A stretch of DNA of 64,000 nucleotides from Octopus bimaculoides. Taxonomy: Eukaryota. Where the stretch lies: contig NC_069003.1 of assembly GCF_001194135.2 (NCBI RefSeq), positions 26,629,860-26,693,859 on the forward strand. The letters are read 5' to 3'. The position numbers and the translations under genes are program-made. The notes beneath the pieces were generated by a model. The model did no database searches and was not told the origin of the DNA. It worked only from the letters and a program-made list of their open reading frames with translations. Positions 59,377 through 64,000 of the stretch are shown here, in pieces (position 1 is the first letter of the stretch; every line of letters starts with the position of its first letter).

Positions 59377-60909
59377 GTAAGTATTTTCCCCTATTTTTAT
59401 TCGCTACATTCTGTACTTGGGTATCCATGTGTCTTACTCTACAGCAAGACACCTATACTTGTTCCTGTATGCCTTTAATTTCTCATCAACTAGCACTAGG
59501 GCGGGGTGGGTGTTTAAAATTTTGAGAACGTTTTTTGTTTTGCATATTTGACATGCGACCTAGGAATCGACATAAATGCTTTCAGAAAAATGCATTATTC
59601 AAGGTGAGATGCGAATCTGCATTAACCCCCCCCCCCTCGATAATAAATAGTTGTAATCTAAGCCATAAATTAGGATAGAGGGTCAAAAAGGAGAATATAA
59701 TCGATCAAAAGGTCAAAATTAACCCACCCACCCCACATGAAGTTTTGAACTCACAGATTTTTTATACTATAGGCATAGGAGTGGCTGTGTGGTAGGAATT
59801 TCAACCATGTTTCGTGGTCTGCTACCACAACAGCTCCTTTATAGGATCCAGTTAGCTCAAGACATCATCAGGAGGAACCATGTCCGGTTTCGGCCCCTAA
59901 TCCTAGCTTGCTTATGAACCACATGGTTCTGGGTTCAGTCCCACTGCGTGGCACCTTGGGCAAGTGTCTTCTACTATAGTCTCGGGCCGACCAAAGCCTT
60001 GTGAGTGGACTTGGTAGACGGAAACTGAAAAAAGCCCATTGTATATATGTATGTGTGTGTGTATACGTTTGTGTGTCTGTGTTTGTCCCCCACCAACATC
60101 GCTTGACAACCAATGCTGGTGTGTTTACGTCCCCGTAACTTAGTGGTTCGGCAAAAGCGACCGATAGAGTAAGTACTAGGCTTCCAAAGAATAAGTCCTG
60201 GGGTCGACTTGCTCGACTAAAGGCAGTGCTCCAGCATGGCCACAGTCAAATGACTAAAACAAGTNNNNNNNNNNTCTGTGTTTGTCCCTGCAACATCGCT
60301 CGACAACCGATGCTGGTGTGTTTACGTCCCCGTAATCTAGCGGTTCGGCAAAAAAGACCGATAGAATAAGTACTAGGCTTACAAAGAATAAGTCCTAGGG
60401 TCGATTTGCTCGACTAAAGGCGGTGCTCCAGCATGGCCACAGTCAAATGATTGAAACAAGTAAAAGAGTATGCGTTCGACCAAATTATCGAGTCGCCGAT
60501 GTAAGGGAGATAATTCTAGTTGGTTTCACTGGTCTTGTCAGTTAAAATTGTTAGTGAAAGAAAATACCTGGCGTAGCAGTGGAGGTGGTTTTAGCAGCAG
60601 CAGCAGTAATAGTAGTAGTCGTTGTAGTAGTAGCAGTAGCAGTTATTGTTTAACCATCAGATCATTCCTGGTCAAATAGACGAATGATCGTAGGTGTTCC
60701 AGTCATGACGATCCAGTCTTCAGGTGTGGTTGTGTGGTAAGAAACTTGCTTCCCAACCACATGGTTCCAGGTTCAGTCCCGCTGCGTGACACCTTGGGCA
60801 AGTATCTTCTATTGTAGCTTCGAGCCGACCAATGCCTTGTGAGTGGATTTGATGGAGGGAAACTGAAAGAAGCCCGTCATGTAGATATATATATATATAT
60901 ATTAATATA

Positions 60910-61342
60910 CAGGGATTAGCATTGAGTTGCTTCTCCAACATACTGAAAATTTAGAAATAGCAGTCAAAGAACTACTGATTCTAAACTACAAATTTTTCTC
61001 TAAATGGATGGCGATATTTATGGCACACATAGAACAAAAAACCGGAGGGAAAGGCATAAACAAAACAAGTCTTTAGTTAATCGGATACGATCGTTTCATT
61101 TATCAGAATATCGGACTGAGGATTGGAATAGGGATGTTTCATTCTCTTAACCATGAAACGATCGTATCCGATTAACTAAAGACTTGTTTTGTTTATGCTT
61201 TCCCCTCCGGTTTTTTGTTCTATGTGTGCCATAAATATCGCCATCCATTTAGAGAAAAATTTGTAGTTTAGAATCAGTAGTTCTTTGACTGCTATTTCTA
61301 AATTTTCAGTATGTTGGAGAAGCAACTCAATGCTAATCTCTG
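60910..61342. mobile_element. Foldback Tc1/mariner-type MITE with about 190-bp near-perfect inverted arms, in a Smoothened intron
   Basis: 60904-61099 is the reverse complement of 61153-61348 with very few mismatches; 53-bp spacer; ends TA|CAGGGATTAGC ... GCTAATCTCTG|TA. Confidence 0.85.
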
Positions 61343-61828
61343 TATATTTATGATGATAAATGGTTTTACCGATAAAGGTTTTTTCATACTGAACTACTTG
61401 GCAAAATTGTTAATTATTAATTCTATTATTAATTGACGATTCCCTGCCCTTATTCTTGTATATATATATATAATACAAATAATTTCTCTATCAACTGTAA
61501 TGCTTATTTATTCACATTGTTTGGAATTAATCACACATTACCTTGTTGCATCATCGTTTAACATCCGCTTTCCATGCTAGCATGGGTTGGACGATTTGAC
61601 TGAGGACTGGCGAACCAGATGGCTACACCAGGCTCTATTCTGATTTGGCAGAGTTTCTACAGCTGGATGCCCTTCCTAACGCCAACCACTCCAAGAGTGT
61701 AGTGGGTGCTTTTACATGCCACCGGCACGAGGGCCAGTCAGGTGGTACTGGCAACGGCCACGCTCAAAATGTTGTCTTTTACGTGCCACTGGCAACGATC
61801 TCGCTCGAATGTCCTTACACGTGCCACC

Positions 61829-61968
61829 GGCACAAGTACCAGGGCACAGGTGCCAGGGCACAGGTGCCAGGGCACAGGTGCCAGGGCACAGGTACCAGGG
61901 CACAGGTGCCAGGGCACAGGTGCCAGGGCACAGGTGCCAGGGCACAGGTGCCAGGGCACAGGTGCCAG
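61829..61968. repeat. 14-bp minisatellite (10 copies) inside a SINE
   Basis: Unit GGCACAGGTGCCAG (internal palindrome GGCAC-ag-GTGCC). Confidence 0.92.
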
Positions 61969-62114
61969 ATGTAAATGTTTATTTTTAGAATAACATCAAA
62001 GCGTAGATGTGAGAGGCCAGAATCAAGCTGATTTCACCATAAAACAGGTTGAATATTTTGGCCAGATACGGCTGGTTTAAATGCTAATGGGTTAAACTGT
62101 ACTTTTATTTCTAG

Positions 62115-62207
62115 GCTTATGTACACTAATCAGTGTGAAGAAGGAGACACCGGACTTTATTGGAGACAAAGCCACTGCTAAGATCCAAGAGACAATCATT
62201 AGAATTG
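62115..62207 (+). CDS. SMO: Smoothened exon (ICL3-TM6 start): SLCTLISVKKETPDFIGDKATAKIQETIIRI
   Basis: Acceptor TTATTTCTAG|GC, donor G|GTCAGT, 93 nt; aligns to human [31 protein letters not shown]. Confidence 0.93.
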
Positions 62208-63082
62208 GTCAGTATTAATTGTTTATTTTAAATGGCTTTAATTGCTCAGTACTGATTTATCTTTTATCTTTTACTTCCTTCTTTTAGTCATTGGACTATG
62301 GCCATACTGGGGTACTACTTTGAAAGATTTAGTTGAACAAATTGGCTCCAGAACTTATTTTTATTTTTAAGCCTGGTACTCTGTATGTATATATATATGT
62401 ACATATACATATATATATACATATATATATATATATACCTTGTTGTATCATCGTTTAACGTCCGCTTTCCATGCTAGCATGGGTTGGACGATTTGACTGA
62501 GGACTGGTGAACCAGGTGGTTACACCAGGCTCCAATCTAATTTGGCAGAGTTTCTACAGCTGGATGCCCTTCCTAGCGCCAACCACTCCGAGAGTGTAGT
62601 GGGTGCTTTTACGCGCCACCAGCACGAAGGCCAGTCAGGCGGTACTGGCAACGGCCACACTCAAAATGGTGTCTTTTACGTGCCACTTGCACTGGAGCCA
62701 GTCCAGCGGCACTGGCAACGATCTTGCTCAAATGTCCTTAAAAAAATTTATCTTTCTACTTGTTCTATATATATATTAATGTAGAAGGTATATATGTTGA
62801 TGGAATATTCACCTACTTATCAATCCAATGAGTATGTACTTCAGTTAATTACTTCAGGTAATTATGTAAGTATGTACTTCAGTTAATTAAACAACTAGAT
62901 ATTCATTATCAAAACTTATGTTGTTATTGCTAATAGAAATAGTAGTGGTGGTGGTGTTGTTGTTGGTGTTGTTCATGGATTATTTCCATGTGTCATGGCT
63001 CCACAGAAGCCATGTTCATGATATACATATTAAAACTGATTCTCTATCTCTGTCTATCTCTCTTCTGTCTCTTCCAATCCAG

Positions 63083-63191
63083 GAATGTTCTCTGGTCTTG
63101 CAGTGCTGTTCGTCTGTGTCACGCTTGGTGTACATACGTACAAATATGTCTGGGAAGAAGATTGGAGGAAGAATCTCAAGGATTATGTCAT
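63083..63191 (+). CDS. SMO: Smoothened exon (TM6-ECL3): GMFSGLAVLFVCVTLGVHTYKYVWEEDWRKNLKDYV; the gene continues beyond the window
   Basis: Acceptor CCAATCCAG|GA, donor AT|GTAATC (phase 2), 109 nt; aligns to human [36 protein letters not shown]. Confidence 0.9.
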
Positions 63192-63580
63192 GTAATCCTC
63201 ATCTTTTTCATTCATATTCTGTTGCAATGGGACTTTAGTTGTGTGTATCTGTGTGCATGCAGGTGTATGTATGTATGTGTGTGTGTGTGTGTTATGGGGG
63301 AATCCTGAGCACCCCCACATAACTGAAGGTGGACTATATATATATATATATATATATACATACATATATACATACATATATATATTTACATATATATATA
63401 TATATATATGGATGTATATATGTATATGTATCATCATCATCATCATCATCGTTTAACGTCCGCTTTCCATGCTAGCATGGGTTGAACGATTTGACTGAGG
63501 ACTGGTGAAACCGGATGGCAACACCAGGCTCCAATCTAAATTTGGCAGAGTTTCTACAGCTGGATGCCCTTCCTAACGCC

Positions 63581-63619
<39 letters not shown>

Positions 63620-64000
63620 CATACATATATATAAAGTCATAAATGACAGAAATAATTTGATGACATTTTATTTAACAATAAGAAAATTCTAATATCATGA
63701 TAAACTGTTTTGTAACTTAAAAGCATGTAAATGTTTATATTATCTCAATTATATACCCAAGATATAAATGTGAGCTTCTATAAGTTTCATACCTTTGATA
63801 CTACAATAAACCGGAAAAGCTTGTATAGCATGCTTTATATTAATGGGCAATCATTCAGGTTCAATGATTGCTCAAATAATACATGTCATGCTGTACAATG
63901 ACATGCATATATGTATGTATATGTGTAGATATATCATTTTTTTATAAGACAAACACATACCCATAGAGAGAGTTTTATATATATATATATATATATATAT

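Noticed and set aside
59797-59903. 107-bp insert within a SINE head containing GAAAC...CTGATGA...GAAAC on the minus strand (possible further hammerhead)
   Set aside because: The core words are present, but I could not build consistent stems I and II in either type I or type II topology. At best it is a heavily decayed relic; worth rechecking once family consensuses exist.
61645-61993. ORFs with ARAQVPGHRCQGTG repeats
   Set aside because: These are translations of the 14-bp minisatellite inside a SINE in a Smo intron; no splice signals link them to any gene.

Overview
Eukaryotic, AT-rich, microsatellite- and SINE-dense genomic DNA with several N gaps. The repeat families suggest a coleoid cephalopod, probably Octopus (inference). 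Three spliced protein-coding genes are supported. (1) A minus-strand WW-domain gene resembling BAG3/Starvin, of which only the first two coding exons are visible (29732-29738, 28055-28623). (2) A complete 9-exon tRNA-splicing endonuclease subunit TSEN2 on the minus strand (42807->33817, 408 aa, catalytic Tyr/His/Lys intact). (3) The 5' part of Smoothened on the plus strand (47902->63191 and beyond; one expected exon is probably hidden in the 51.5-52.3 kb gap), divergent from TSEN2. The rest is tRNA-derived SINEs, decayed LINEs (RTE, CR1/L2-like, Penelope-like), Tc1/mariner and hAT MITEs and minisatellites. The most striking non-genic signal is three short non-autonomous elements from two families carrying hammerhead-ribozyme cores. 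One family has a tRNA-derived Pol III head (a hammerhead-bearing SINE). In both families an inverted copy of the 3' tail, starting at about the predicted cleavage site, sits 5' of the element, which is a Penelope-like architecture. Most ORFs in the supplied track are artefacts of microsatellites, SINEs or N runs. All alignments to human or fly proteins were done by eye from recalled sequences.
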